Shown: one piece after another, positions 10,599 to 21,224 of the stretch
How positions within the stretch are numbered: position 1 is the first letter of the stretch
How the letters are laid out: every line of letters begins with the position of its first letter
NCBI GenBank assembly: GCA_963765675.1
Contig: CAVXXK010000003.1
Coordinates: forward strand, 96,001-160,000
Origin: an uncultured delta proteobacterium
GTDB lineage: Bacteria > Desulfobacterota > Binatia > Binatales > Binataceae
Direction of reading: 5' to 3'
Length of the DNA: 64,000 bases
The notes under the pieces: generated by a model
Told to the model about the DNA's origin: nothing
The model's database searches: none
Seen by the model: the letters and a program-made list of their open reading frames with translations, nothing else
Made by a program: the position numbers and the translations under genes

Positions 10599-11424
10599 AT
10601 GCCCACCGCGACTCGCGCCGCGCCGGTGGTCGCAATCCTGAGCGACTTCGGTTATCGCGACCACTACGCCGGCGTGATGAAAGGCGTGATCGCGAGAATC
10701 GCGCCGCACGCCCAAATCATCGACCTCACTCACGGAATCCCGCCGCAGGCGATCACTGCCGGCGCGCTGGTGCTCGCGCAGAGCTGGCGCTATTTCCCCG
10801 CTCGGACGATTTTCCTCGCCGTGGTCGATCCCGGCGTCGGAACCGCGCGGCTGCCGATCGCGATCGAGACTCGCGCCGGCGCGCGCTTCGTCGGCCCTGA
10901 CAACGGGTTACTGTCGCTCGCCGCCGACGACGCCGGCCTCCGCCGAATCGTGGAGCTCAAGGCGCCGCGCTTTCGGCTACACAATGTCAGTTCGACCTTC
11001 CACGGCCGCGACATCTTCGCGCCCGCTGCCGCGTGGCTTGCCCGCGGCGCTTCGATTCGCGCGCTGGGGCCGGCGCTCGACAAACTCGCGCCGCTTCGCG
11101 CTTCCTGAGCCTTCCCTCACGACGGGCCGGATCCGGGGCGAAGTGATCTACGTTGACGGTTTCGGCAACCTGATCACCAATATCAGCGCCAAAATCCTCG
11201 CGCGGCTCGCGGCTTCCTTTCGCACAAAACCGCTTTCAGTTAGGATCAAAGACAGCGCGGCGATTAAAATTTATCGCGCCTATGGAGAAGCTCCGGCCCG
11301 AAGCTCTCTGGCCACCGTTGGCAGCTTCAATCTTCTGGAAATTGCGATCCGCGATGCCGATGCCGCGATGCACTATCGTGCCCAAGCTGGTGCGAGCGTG
11401 ACCGTGACCGCCGGACGTGCTTAA
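10599..11424 (+). pseudogene. SAM hydroxide adenosyltransferase (DUF62, fluorinase/chlorinase superfamily), frameshifted near 11097
   Basis: N-part 10599-11108 (LSDFG, VVDPGVG, GPDNG, TFHGRDIFAP) continues in another frame as LPEP...GEVIYVDGFGNLITNI...GSFNLLEIA to 11424. Confidence 0.85.
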
Positions 11425-11438
11425 ACCGTGCGCTGACT

Positions 11439-12539
11439 ATGGATGACGCTGCTGCATACAAAGACGCGCCCAACGTCCTGACCGAGATCCCGCGCTACGC
11501 CGCGGAGATTCCGCCGCCGCTCGGCCCCGAACCGCGCGGGCTGCGGGCGATGCTGCCCGAGGGAATTCCGCCACTCAACCTCGCGCTGTTCGCGATCACT
11601 CTGCTCACGACCACGATGGCGGGCGCTTACGTGGCTGGCGGCGATCTATCTGTGTGGCATCCGATTGCTTTCATCGCGGGACTCGCGACGGGGCTCTCGT
11701 TCTCGCTGCCGCTGATGGCGATTCTGCTCGCGCACGAGATGGGCCACTACGTGACCGCGCGGCGCAACGGTGTGAATACCAGCCTGCCCTATTTCATTCC
11801 GGCGCCGCTGCCTTCGGTATTTTTCATCGGCACCTTTGGTGCTTTCATCCGGCTGCGCCAGATGCCGCAAACCCGCCGTGTGATGTTTGATATCGGCGCC
11901 GCCGGTCCGTGGGCCGGCATGATGATCGCGCTACCGTGCGTGATAATCGGCCTGCATCTCTCGGACATCCAGCCGCTGACGCAGAGCGCGGGCGGGCTCG
12001 AGCTAGGCAATTCGCTGCTCTTCTATGGGCTCTCGCGATGGATGCTCGGCGTGGACCCGAACCTGGTCAACGTCAACCTGAGCCCAATCGCGTTCGCCGG
12101 ATGGCTCGGGTTCCTGGTCACGATGCTGAACCTCCTGCCGAGCGGACAATTCGACGGCGGCCACGTGCTCTACGCGCTCACGCCCCGGCACCATCGGAAG
12201 ATCTCAACGATCTTCGTCGTTGGATGCGTCCTGATGTTCTTCGTTCCGCTCGTTTTCGGCAGAGCTTACTGGGCCGGATGGCTCCTGTGGGCGGTGATCG
12301 CGGTCGTACTCGGTCTGGGTCATCCCTCAACTGTCGACCGCAACGCTCCTCTCGGTTCCGGCCGCACCATCGCAGCGTGGCTGACGGTCGCGCTGTTCGT
12401 TCTGACTTTCATGCCGAATCCGATTTCGATTAGCGAGCCCATTGATAATCCTCCGCAACCCGAGCAGTCGCAGACCTACAGCGTGATGCGTCATGCGCCA
12501 GACCCTGCCATTCATCCTGCGGTAACCATCCAGATCTGA
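11439..12539 (+). CDS. Site-2 protease family (M50) intramembrane metalloprotease
   Basis: HEMGH zinc motif, [26 protein letters not shown]; multiple TM segments. Confidence 0.92.
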   Translation: MDDAAAYKDAPNVLTEIPRYAAEIPPPLGPEPRGLRAMLPEGIPPLNLALFAITLLTTTMAGAYVAGGDLSVWHPIAFIAGLATGLSFSLPLMAILLAHEMGHYVTARRNGVNTSLPYFIPAPLPSVFFIGTFGAFIRLRQMPQTRRVMFDIGAAGPWAGMMIALPCVIIGLHLSDIQPLTQSAGGLELGNSLLFYGLSRWMLGVDPNLVNVNLSPIAFAGWLGFLVTMLNLLPSGQFDGGHVLYALTPRHHRKISTIFVVGCVLMFFVPLVFGRAYWAGWLLWAVIAVVLGLGHPSTVDRNAPLGSGRTIAAWLTVALFVLTFMPNPISISEPIDNPPQPEQSQTYSVMRHAPDPAIHPAVTIQI

Positions 12540-12552
12540 GGAGCGACCCGAT

Positions 12553-13032
12553 TTGCCCGAGCATAACGAAAAATCACGGCCCAGTTGGGACCAGTACTTC
12601 ATGACGATCACGCGCGAAGTCGCGGAACGCTCGACCTGCCTGCGCGCGAAAGTCGGCGCGGTGATCGTGCGCAACCGCAGCATCCTCGCCACCGGCTATA
12701 ACGGCTCGCCCGCGGGCCTGCCGCATTGCACCGAGGTCGGATGCCTGATCTACGAGTCGCGCAACCCCGACGGCGAAGTCGAGCAGAACTGCTTTCGCAC
12801 GATCCACGCCGAGATCAACGCGATCACGCAGGCCGCGCGCAACGGCGCCGCGATCCAGGACGCCGATATCTACGTGACCCACACTCCCTGCATCCACTGC
12901 CTGAAGGTGCTCATCAACACCGGCATCCGCACCGTCTATTACGGCAAACCCTATAAACTCGAAACCGTGCGCGAGCTCCTGCGCGGTGCGAAGATCAAGC
13001 TCGTGCCGGTCGAGCCGGAGAAATCCGCGTGA
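12553..13032 (+). CDS. dCMP deaminase (ComEB family)
   Basis: [35 protein letters not shown]. Confidence 0.92.
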   Translation: MPEHNEKSRPSWDQYFMTITREVAERSTCLRAKVGAVIVRNRSILATGYNGSPAGLPHCTEVGCLIYESRNPDGEVEQNCFRTIHAEINAITQAARNGAAIQDADIYVTHTPCIHCLKVLINTGIRTVYYGKPYKLETVRELLRGAKIKLVPVEPEKSA

Positions 13033-13499
13033 GCGCCGCTCGCTGCGGCATCTGTGCGCTTATCGAGCGCATCCGGACCAACTCCTTCGACGACTTCGTC
13101 GCCGAGCTCGCCGAGAGCTACGTGATCCTCGGCGACGCGCAGTTCTATCGTGGATATTGCGTGATGCTCGCCAAGACGCACGCGACCGAGATCTTCCTGA
13201 TGCCAGCCGATGAGGCGCACCGCGTCTTCGAAGAGCTGCGGCTCGTCTCAGAAGCTATCGCGTCGGTCACGAGACCGTGGAAGCTCAACTACGAATGCCT
13301 GGGCAACGCCGAGCCTCATATGCACTGGCATATTCTTCCCCGCTACGAGAACGATGAACTGCGCCGCGCATCCATTTGGATTCGCCCTGAGGCGGAGCGC
13401 AAAGTCGCGCTGCCCAAAGACGACCGGACCGCGCTTGTCGCCGCGCTTCGCGAAGCGATTGTCGCCAGATTTCCTGATGCACGGATTGCGGCGAACTAA
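13029..13499 (+). CDS. HIT family hydrolase
   Basis: CGIC N-terminus, [20 protein letters not shown] histidine triad; GTGA overlap with the upstream gene. Confidence 0.9.
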   Translation: MSAARCGICALIERIRTNSFDDFVAELAESYVILGDAQFYRGYCVMLAKTHATEIFLMPADEAHRVFEELRLVSEAIASVTRPWKLNYECLGNAEPHMHWHILPRYENDELRRASIWIRPEAERKVALPKDDRTALVAALREAIVARFPDARIAAN

Positions 13500-13512
13500 C
13501 CCGGTTCCGTCG

Positions 13513-13797
13513 ATGCGCGCCGGCCGAATCGCGATAACTATCGCGATTGTTGCGCTTGCCGGATGCGCGCGTCGCGCGGCGCTGCCCGAAAGCGGATCGC
13601 CGGCGGCCACGATGTATCAGCAGCGATGCGGTCAATGCCATACGCCGTACAATCCACGCACGATGACCTCGGCGATGTGGGCGGTGCAGCTCGATGCGAT
13701 GCAGGTGAAGATGCGCCAGTCAGGCGTTGCGCCGCTGACCGACGACCAGCGCCAGATGATCCTCGACTATCTGACCCGCAACGCCGGGACTGAATAG
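13513..13797 (+). CDS. Small monoheme c-type cytochrome lipoprotein
   Basis: Lipobox ALAGC, heme motif CGQCH, Met-rich distal segment, ILDYL C-terminus. Confidence 0.8.
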   Translation: MRAGRIAITIAIVALAGCARRAALPESGSPAATMYQQRCGQCHTPYNPRTMTSAMWAVQLDAMQVKMRQSGVAPLTDDQRQMILDYLTRNAGTE

Positions 13798-13861
13798 CAA
13801 GGCTCGCGCGCGGCGCTTTTTTGTGCGGACGATTTAGGCTATCGGTTGAGACGGTACCCAG

Positions 13862-14467
13862 ATGGCCGACGAAATTATCAAGCTCTACTACGACTACAAA
13901 AGTCCGTTCACCTATCTCGCGATGCAGCCGATGTACGACCTCGAACAGGCGTACCAAATCAAGCTGCGCTACGTCGCGCTCGAGGTGAACCTCAAGGGCG
14001 CGTTCGGCGGCGAATTCGAACAGCGCGACGAGCGCAACTGGCGCAAGGTGCGCTACCTGTACCTCGACGCGCGGCGCTACGCGAACGCGCGCGGGCTCGT
14101 CATCCGCGGTCCGCAAAAGATTTTCGACTCGCGCCTGTCATTGATGAGCGGGATGTGGGCTGATCGGCACGGCAAGTTCCGCCCTTACTCCGACCGCGTG
14201 TTCGAGCGCTTCTTCAAACGCGAACTCGATATCGAAGACGGCTCCGCGCTGGCCAAGGTGATGACGGAAGTCGGCCTCGACGCGGCAGGCTTCACAAAAT
14301 ATATCCTGGGCGACGGACCTCGCGAGTTGCAGGCCGCCGCCGAAGAATCCGAGCGCGACGGAGTGTTCGGCGTCCCCACGATGATCGCCGCGGGCGAGCC
14401 GTTCTGGGGCAACGACCGTGTCGAATGGCTCGCAAAGAAGCTCGACGCGATGAATCTCAGGCGCTAA
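13862..14467 (+). CDS. DsbA family / 2-hydroxychromene-2-carboxylate isomerase (GST-kappa-like)
   Basis: YYDYKSPFTYL and GVFGVPT...FWGNDR motifs. Confidence 0.88.
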   Translation: MADEIIKLYYDYKSPFTYLAMQPMYDLEQAYQIKLRYVALEVNLKGAFGGEFEQRDERNWRKVRYLYLDARRYANARGLVIRGPQKIFDSRLSLMSGMWADRHGKFRPYSDRVFERFFKRELDIEDGSALAKVMTEVGLDAAGFTKYILGDGPRELQAAAEESERDGVFGVPTMIAAGEPFWGNDRVEWLAKKLDAMNLRR

Positions 14468-14470
14468 ACC

Positions 14471-14866
14471 ATGAAACCAATACCAGTCGGTACTACCGGC
14501 ACTTTCACCCTGGTCGTTGAGCCGAAGCATCTGGCGAACCAAATCGAATCGTCGCTCGCGCCGGTTCTCTCAACGCCCACGATGGTCTCGATGATGGAGA
14601 TGGCCGCGATGGACGCGATGCGCGGCTACCTCGAGCCGGGCGAAAGCTCCGTCGGCATGTCGATCGACGTACAGCATATGGCGGCAACACCGCCGGGCCA
14701 TCGCGTCCGCGCCGAGGCCGAGGTCGTCAAGTGCGAAGGACGGCGGCTCGAATTCAAGGTGCGCGCGTTTGACGAGACCGAGCAGATCGGCAGCGGAACG
14801 CATCGCCGCGCCGCGATCGACGCGGCGAAATTCGGCGAACGCCTCAAGAGTAAGCAGAAATCATGA
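14471..14866 (+). CDS. FlK-like hotdog thioesterase
   Basis: VLSTPTMVSMME, SVGMSIDVQHMAATPPG, IGSGTHRR. Confidence 0.88.
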   Translation: MKPIPVGTTGTFTLVVEPKHLANQIESSLAPVLSTPTMVSMMEMAAMDAMRGYLEPGESSVGMSIDVQHMAATPPGHRVRAEAEVVKCEGRRLEFKVRAFDETEQIGSGTHRRAAIDAAKFGERLKSKQKS

Positions 14867-15786
14867 CCGCGATCAGCGCGAGGAATCTCAGCGAGGATCC
14901 GATGAGCGAAACGGTTTTTTCACCAGACGAAGTCTATGTCGGCCGCGACTATGGCAGCGTAACCTACGACCTCACGCCGGAAACTATCGCGACGTATATC
15001 GCGGGAACCGGCGACGACAATCCATGGTATCGCGATCGCTCGCCGCTCGGCGGCCCGGTTGCACCGGCGCTGATTCTCTATGGGGCGGTGTACAAAACCG
15101 TCAAATGGTATCTGCCGAATATCTACGGCAACCTGCACGCGCGCCAGGAATGGGAAATCTTCGCACCCGTCATGGTCGGTGAACAACTGACTACTCGCTC
15201 GCTGATTGTGGGACGCTATCTCAAACGCGATCGCGAATACCTGGTCAACGAAGTAATCGTCAGCAATCGCGCGGGCCGGGTCGTGTCGCGCAGCCGGACG
15301 CATCAGAGTTTCCTGCTTCCCGAGCAAACCAAAACCGATTCTTTCGTGGTCGACAAATCGCGCGAAAAGGATTCCAGGCGCTCCTTTCATATCGGCGAGA
15401 GCGGCGGTGAACTGATCGAAGCTCCGATGCGCACCATCACCGACGACATGTGCCTGGCGTTCTCGGGCCCGGAACGCAACTACCACAACGACCGGCAAAA
15501 AGCGCTCGACCTCGGATTCCCGGAAATCGTCGTACAGGGAATGCTCTCGGTGTGCCTGGTCGCGGAACTGATGACCCGGCGGTTTGGCCTGGGCTTTCTC
15601 TGCGGCGGAAAGATCGATGTGCGGCTGGTCAACGTCGTGTGGGGCAACGACACCACCGCGCCGCGCGGACGAATTGTCTCGCGCGCACCCGAGGGCAAAC
15701 GCACGCGCGCCGAGGTCGAAGTATGGTGCGACAAGTCCGACGGGACCAAGACGATCGTCGGCGCGGCCAGCGCGCTCGAGCTCTAA
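14863..15786 (+). CDS. Double-hotdog MaoC-like dehydratase (alternative start 14902)
   Basis: DDNPWY...APA, NLHARQEWE, second domain NYHND..KA..LGFPEIVVQGML. Confidence 0.82.
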   Translation: MTAISARNLSEDPMSETVFSPDEVYVGRDYGSVTYDLTPETIATYIAGTGDDNPWYRDRSPLGGPVAPALILYGAVYKTVKWYLPNIYGNLHARQEWEIFAPVMVGEQLTTRSLIVGRYLKRDREYLVNEVIVSNRAGRVVSRSRTHQSFLLPEQTKTDSFVVDKSREKDSRRSFHIGESGGELIEAPMRTITDDMCLAFSGPERNYHNDRQKALDLGFPEIVVQGMLSVCLVAELMTRRFGLGFLCGGKIDVRLVNVVWGNDTTAPRGRIVSRAPEGKRTRAEVEVWCDKSDGTKTIVGAASALEL

Positions 15787-15795
15787 CGCCTCGAT

Positions 15796-16020
15796 GTGAT
15801 TCCCCGACTCCTCCTGCGAACGGCCCTGATGCTGGTTTTTTCAGCCAGCATAGTTTGCTGCTCCGCCCATCGATGCGGAAAGGCGCTCTTACAATGCCGC
15901 TCCCACTGCGAACGCCAATACCAAATCTGCCAGGTCAATGGGAACGAGGAATTTTACTGCCACAACCTGATAGGAAATTGCCTGGTCGAGTGCGATTCTA
16001 CCCGCGCCTCCTGTTCTTGA
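15796..16020 (+). CDS. Exported cysteine-rich mini-protein (10 Cys; symmetric 8-Cys core)
   Basis: Fills the gap between the MaoC gene and pepP; hydrophobic N-terminus; Cys at 27,34,38,45,55,62,66,73. Confidence 0.7.
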   Translation: MIPRLLLRTALMLVFSASIVCCSAHRCGKALLQCRSHCERQYQICQVNGNEEFYCHNLIGNCLVECDSTRASCS

Positions 16021-16053
16021 TTGGAGCGCAACGCGGGGTACGGCGCCTGCTAG

Positions 16054-17373
<1,320 letters not shown>

Positions 17374-17414
17374 CGTTTATGATTACGCCACGCCGCGCGC
17401 CGGCTGCCTAGCGG

Positions 17415-18260
17415 CTACGGCAATCCCGCGCCGGGCACATCGACCTTTGTGATCTCGATCTTGCCGGTCGCGTTGGCGAGGCACACCGCCGGATCCGACG
17501 AGGCCGAGGTCAGCACGAACAGCGTCTTGCGATCGGCGCCGCCCAGCATGCACGCGAACGCGTCGGTCGCGACCTTGATACGCTCGGTCACCTCGCCGCC
17601 TTCGCGCACGCGAATCACTTCTGAGGACATTGGGCTCGCGACCCATATCGCGCCTTCCGCATCGAGCGCGATTCCGTCGGGAACATTGTTTCCGAGATCA
17701 GCCCAGACCCGCCGGTTCGCGAGCGAGCCGTCCGCCGCAATATCGAACGCGGTCAGGCGTCGCCCGAACGATTCGCCGACGACGAGGGTCCTGCCGTCGG
17801 GAGTGATAACGGTGCCATTGGGGAACATCAGATCGTCGGCGACGACGCGCGCTTTTCCTTCGAGCGTGACCATGATCAAAACAGTGCCGCGCGCCTTTTC
17901 GCCCTTATGAAGATCGTAGCCGAAGTTGCCGACGTATGCGCGACCCTTTGAATCGATCACCATGTCGTTGCAGTGAAACGGCGCGAGCTTCGAGAGATCG
18001 GCGTGAACTTTCAGCGCGCCGCCGCGCTCCATTCGCATCAGCTTCCGATCCGTCATCGAGACGACCAGCATCGTGCCGTCAGGGAGCCATCCGAGTCCCG
18101 AGGGATTGTTCGGCACCTCACAGACCACGGAGCTGCGCCCCTCAAGGTCCACCGTCATCACGTGGTTGGCGTGCATGTCGGAGAAATAGAGCTTGCCGTC
18201 GTGCCAGCGCGGACCTTCGCCGAATCTCAGGCCATCGAGCAGAGTCGTGAGCGTGCGCAT
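17415..18260 (-). CDS. SMP-30/gluconolactonase/LRE family protein
   Basis: FGEGPRW, CNDMVID, FPNG, PDGIALDAEG. Confidence 0.92.
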   Translation of the reverse strand: MRTLTTLLDGLRFGEGPRWHDGKLYFSDMHANHVMTVDLEGRSSVVCEVPNNPSGLGWLPDGTMLVVSMTDRKLMRMERGGALKVHADLSKLAPFHCNDMVIDSKGRAYVGNFGYDLHKGEKARGTVLIMVTLEGKARVVADDLMFPNGTVITPDGRTLVVGESFGRRLTAFDIAADGSLANRRVWADLGNNVPDGIALDAEGAIWVASPMSSEVIRVREGGEVTERIKVATDAFACMLGGADRKTLFVLTSASSDPAVCLANATGKIEITKVDVPGAGLP

Positions 18261-18284
18261 CGCGTTTCTTCTCCTGGATCGCGC

Positions 18285-19526
18285 TCAGTCGAGCGCGCCC
18301 TTTTTGTGCAACGCTGCGATTTCGTCTTCGCGGTAGCCGAGCGTGGCGAGTACCTGGTCGGTATGCTGCCCGAGGCACGGCGCGGGCGCCTTGACCTCGC
18401 ACGGCGTCGCGCTCATCCGCCACGGAATTCCGCAGTGCCGCCGTACGCCGACCTCCGGATGCTCGAGCTCGACCCAGAATTTGCGCTCGGCGAGATGCGG
18501 ATCTTCGCACAGATACTTGTTGTCGGCGCATGCACCGGCCGCGACGCCCGCAGCCTGGAGAGTATCGACCACGTACGCAACGCGCCGCTTCGAAGTCCAT
18601 TCGGTGATTATCTTTTCGAGCTCGTCCTCGTTCTGCTTGCGCGCGGCGAGCGTCTTGAAGCGCGCGTCCGCCGCCAGCTCGGGCTTGCCGATTGCCCGCG
18701 CGAGGCGCGCCCATTCGTCGTCGTTCGCGCACACGATCGAGACCCATTCGTCGATCGTCACGTCCATCACCTTTTCCGGCAAATCGAGACAGCGGAAAAT
18801 TCCGTGCGGCGCCATGAACGCGTCGCGATTTCCGTTTCGCACCGGCTCGCGACCATTCATCGTGTATTCGAGAATTCCTTCCGCCAGCAGATCCATCGCG
18901 CATTCCCACTGGCTCATGTCGATATATTGGCCCTCGCCGGTTTTTTGGCGATGGTACAGCGCCGTCAGGATCGCGAACGCGCCGTGCACGCCCGCGTTGG
19001 GATCGGCGTAGCTGAACCCCGCGTGCATCGGCGGAAATCCCTTGTATCCCGTGAGCGACGAAAGCCCCGAGAGCGGAACCTGCGCGGGTCCATAGGCGAC
19101 GTACTCGCGATACGGCCCGGTGTCGCCGTAGCCGTTGAGCGAAATCATCACGATGTCGGGACGGACTTTTTTGACCTCTTCGTAACCGAAGCCCATCTTG
19201 TCGATCACGCCGGCGGCGAAATTATTGATCACGACGTCCGACGCCTTGATCAAGCGCCACGCGATCTCCTTCGCCTCGGGATGCTTGAAATTCAGCGAGA
19301 GAGATTTCTTGCCCTGGTTGTATTGATTGAAGTAGCCCGATTTGTTGAGCCCGTCGAAAATTCCATCGGGCCACGGCGGCAGCATCCGCGTCACGCAGGG
19401 CCGCGTCTTGGTCTCGATTCGCACCACCTCGGCGCCCAGGTGCGCGAGCTGCAAGGTGCAGTATGGACCGGCCCATACCCACGTGAAGTCGCAGATTTTG
19501 ATTCCAGAAAGGGGTGGCTTCGCCAT
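18285..19526 (-). CDS. Family III CoA-transferase, catalytic subunit (BbsF-like)
   Basis: DFTWVWAGP, LGAEVVRIE, NQGKKS, SYADPNAG (catalytic Asp), GEGQYIDMSQ. Confidence 0.92.
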   Translation of the reverse strand: MAKPPLSGIKICDFTWVWAGPYCTLQLAHLGAEVVRIETKTRPCVTRMLPPWPDGIFDGLNKSGYFNQYNQGKKSLSLNFKHPEAKEIAWRLIKASDVVINNFAAGVIDKMGFGYEEVKKVRPDIVMISLNGYGDTGPYREYVAYGPAQVPLSGLSSLTGYKGFPPMHAGFSYADPNAGVHGAFAILTALYHRQKTGEGQYIDMSQWECAMDLLAEGILEYTMNGREPVRNGNRDAFMAPHGIFRCLDLPEKVMDVTIDEWVSIVCANDDEWARLARAIGKPELAADARFKTLAARKQNEDELEKIITEWTSKRRVAYVVDTLQAAGVAAGACADNKYLCEDPHLAERKFWVELEHPEVGVRRHCGIPWRMSATPCEVKAPAPCLGQHTDQVLATLGYREDEIAALHKKGALD

Positions 19527-19528
19527 CG

Positions 19529-20737
19529 TCAGATCACACCTTTGCTTTTCAGTTCGCCAATTTGCGCCGCGGACAGTCCGAGCCGGGTGCCCAAGATTTC
19601 GTCGTTATGCTGCCCCAGCGTGGGCGCGGGCGTGCGGATTTCCCACGGCGTGCGCTGATACTTCAGCGGGGCACCGGGATACTTGTGCGTGCCGGCGATC
19701 GGCTGCGCGATCTCGACGAAGAATCCGCGCGCGCGCAGATGCTCATTGCTCAGCAGATCGCCCATGGTCGAGACCGGCGCGAACGGCACACGCTTGGCCT
19801 GCGCCTTGCGGTACAGATCGAGCACCGTTTGCTGGCCGACCCATTCTTCAAGGAACACTTTAAGTGCGTCCCAGTTGAGCGCGCGTTTCAAGCGGTCGCC
19901 GAAAATCTCCTCGTTGGCCCATTCGGGATTGCCCATGATCTCAACGAAGCCGCGCCACTGATGCTCTTCGATGCAGCACAGGTAGATGTAGCCGTCCTTG
20001 CACTGCATCGTCTCGACCGGCTGCAACGGCTTCTGCCCGAGGCGCGTTGCGATCATCTTCATGTAGGGCCAGTACTCGAAGGTCATCTCGAGGATCGCCG
20101 CGATCGATTCCTGCACCGAAACCTCGACGTGCTGCCCGCTCTCGCCGCGCGCGCGCGCGAACACCGCGCCCATCGTCGCGGCGGCCGCATGCACGCCGCC
20201 TTGATAGCCGGCTTGGGTGCCGAAGGTTTTGAGCGGAGGAAGGTCGGCGTGCTCGGGACCGCCGCCATTGAGCACGCATACGCCGCCCGCCGCCCACACC
20301 GTCAGATCTTCGGCGCGAAAATTCCGGTACGGCCCCGAGAGTCCGAACGGCACGATCGAGGTCATCACCAGGTTCGGATTGACGCGCTGCATGCGCTCCC
20401 AACTGAGTCCGACGCGGTCCATCTCGGGCGGTGCGACATTGTGAATCAGCACGTCGGCGCCAGCCGCGAGCTGCTCGAGGATCCGCATCCCCTCGGGCTT
20501 CGCGATATCGAGCGTGATGCCTTTCTTGTTGGTGTTGAGATAGAGAAAGAGCCCGCTCTTTTCCGGATGCGCTTCATCTTTGGGAAACGGGCCGCGCGTG
20601 CGCGAACGATCGCCAGCACCGGGCCGTTCGATCTTGATCACTTCGGCGCCCATGTCCGCCAGCATCTTCGAGCAGTACGGGGCCGAGACCATCTCGCCCA
20701 CTTCGACAATCTTCAGATCTGATAATGCGCCTGCCAT
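19529..20737 (-). CDS. Family III CoA-transferase, probable non-catalytic subunit (BbsE-like)
   Basis: LADMGAEVIKIE, LNTNKKGITLD, GQHVEVSVQE; TQAGYQGG at the position of the catalytic Asp. Confidence 0.9.
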   Translation of the reverse strand: MAGALSDLKIVEVGEMVSAPYCSKMLADMGAEVIKIERPGAGDRSRTRGPFPKDEAHPEKSGLFLYLNTNKKGITLDIAKPEGMRILEQLAAGADVLIHNVAPPEMDRVGLSWERMQRVNPNLVMTSIVPFGLSGPYRNFRAEDLTVWAAGGVCVLNGGGPEHADLPPLKTFGTQAGYQGGVHAAAATMGAVFARARGESGQHVEVSVQESIAAILEMTFEYWPYMKMIATRLGQKPLQPVETMQCKDGYIYLCCIEEHQWRGFVEIMGNPEWANEEIFGDRLKRALNWDALKVFLEEWVGQQTVLDLYRKAQAKRVPFAPVSTMGDLLSNEHLRARGFFVEIAQPIAGTHKYPGAPLKYQRTPWEIRTPAPTLGQHNDEILGTRLGLSAAQIGELKSKGVI

Positions 20738-20761
20738 CGGCACTCCATTGAGAATTCGATT

Positions 20762-21034
20762 CTACTCGGGAAATACCTGCTTGAACGGCTTGACCTCGAC
20801 GCGTTCGAAGACTCCGCCGGTCAGATAGGGATCGCTGTTCGCGAGCGCGTGCGCGTCGGCCTCGCTTTTGAGATTGACGACGATCAGGCTGCCGCTGCCG
20901 TCGGTGAATGGTCCTGCGATAACGACTTCGCCGCGAGCAACGAACGGGCGAAGATTTTCCAGATGCGCTGGGCGCAACTTGGGACGGAGCGTCGCGCCGT
21001 TGGGGCCGTCATGGCCGATAATCACGAACAGCAT
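20762..21034 (-). CDS. YciI family protein
   Basis: LRPAHL, AGP, GSLIV, DPY..GGVF. Confidence 0.9.
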   Translation of the reverse strand: MLFVIIGHDGPNGATLRPKLRPAHLENLRPFVARGEVVIAGPFTDGSGSLIVVNLKSEADAHALANSDPYLTGGVFERVEVKPFKQVFPE

Positions 21035-21166
21035 TGGCAAACCTCAGACGGACTCGCCCGCGCGAATCCTCGTCGAAAGTGTTACTTAGCACGCGCGGGC
21101 GCCCCGGAAAAACGGCGTACGCTCCGCCGGGCGGCGGGCGTTAGGCTCGGCGATCGTGCAAGGCCG

Positions 21167-21210
21167 CCCTCACCCACGCGTCACGCGTCGCCCTCTCCCG
21201 CTGGAGAGGG
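21167..21210. repeat. REP-like palindrome (ccctcaccc...ccctctccc...gagaggg family)
   Basis: Shares ccctcacccacgcgtcacg and gccctctccc with the reverse complement of 30882-30960. Confidence 0.7.
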
Positions 21211-21224
21211 TTTCAGAAAAGGGG

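Noticed and set aside
12553-13499. dCMP deaminase plus HIT as an anti-phage nucleotide-depletion system
   Set aside because: Short ComEB-type deaminase without the kinase-like domain of defence dCTP deaminases; housekeeping context
10599-14866. Fluorinase-like gene near an FlK-like thioesterase, suggesting organofluorine biosynthesis
   Set aside because: The protein has TFHGRDIF, the DUF62 hydroxide-adenosyltransferase signature, rather than a halogenase motif; FlK-like thioesterases are widespread; no other fl-cluster genes are present
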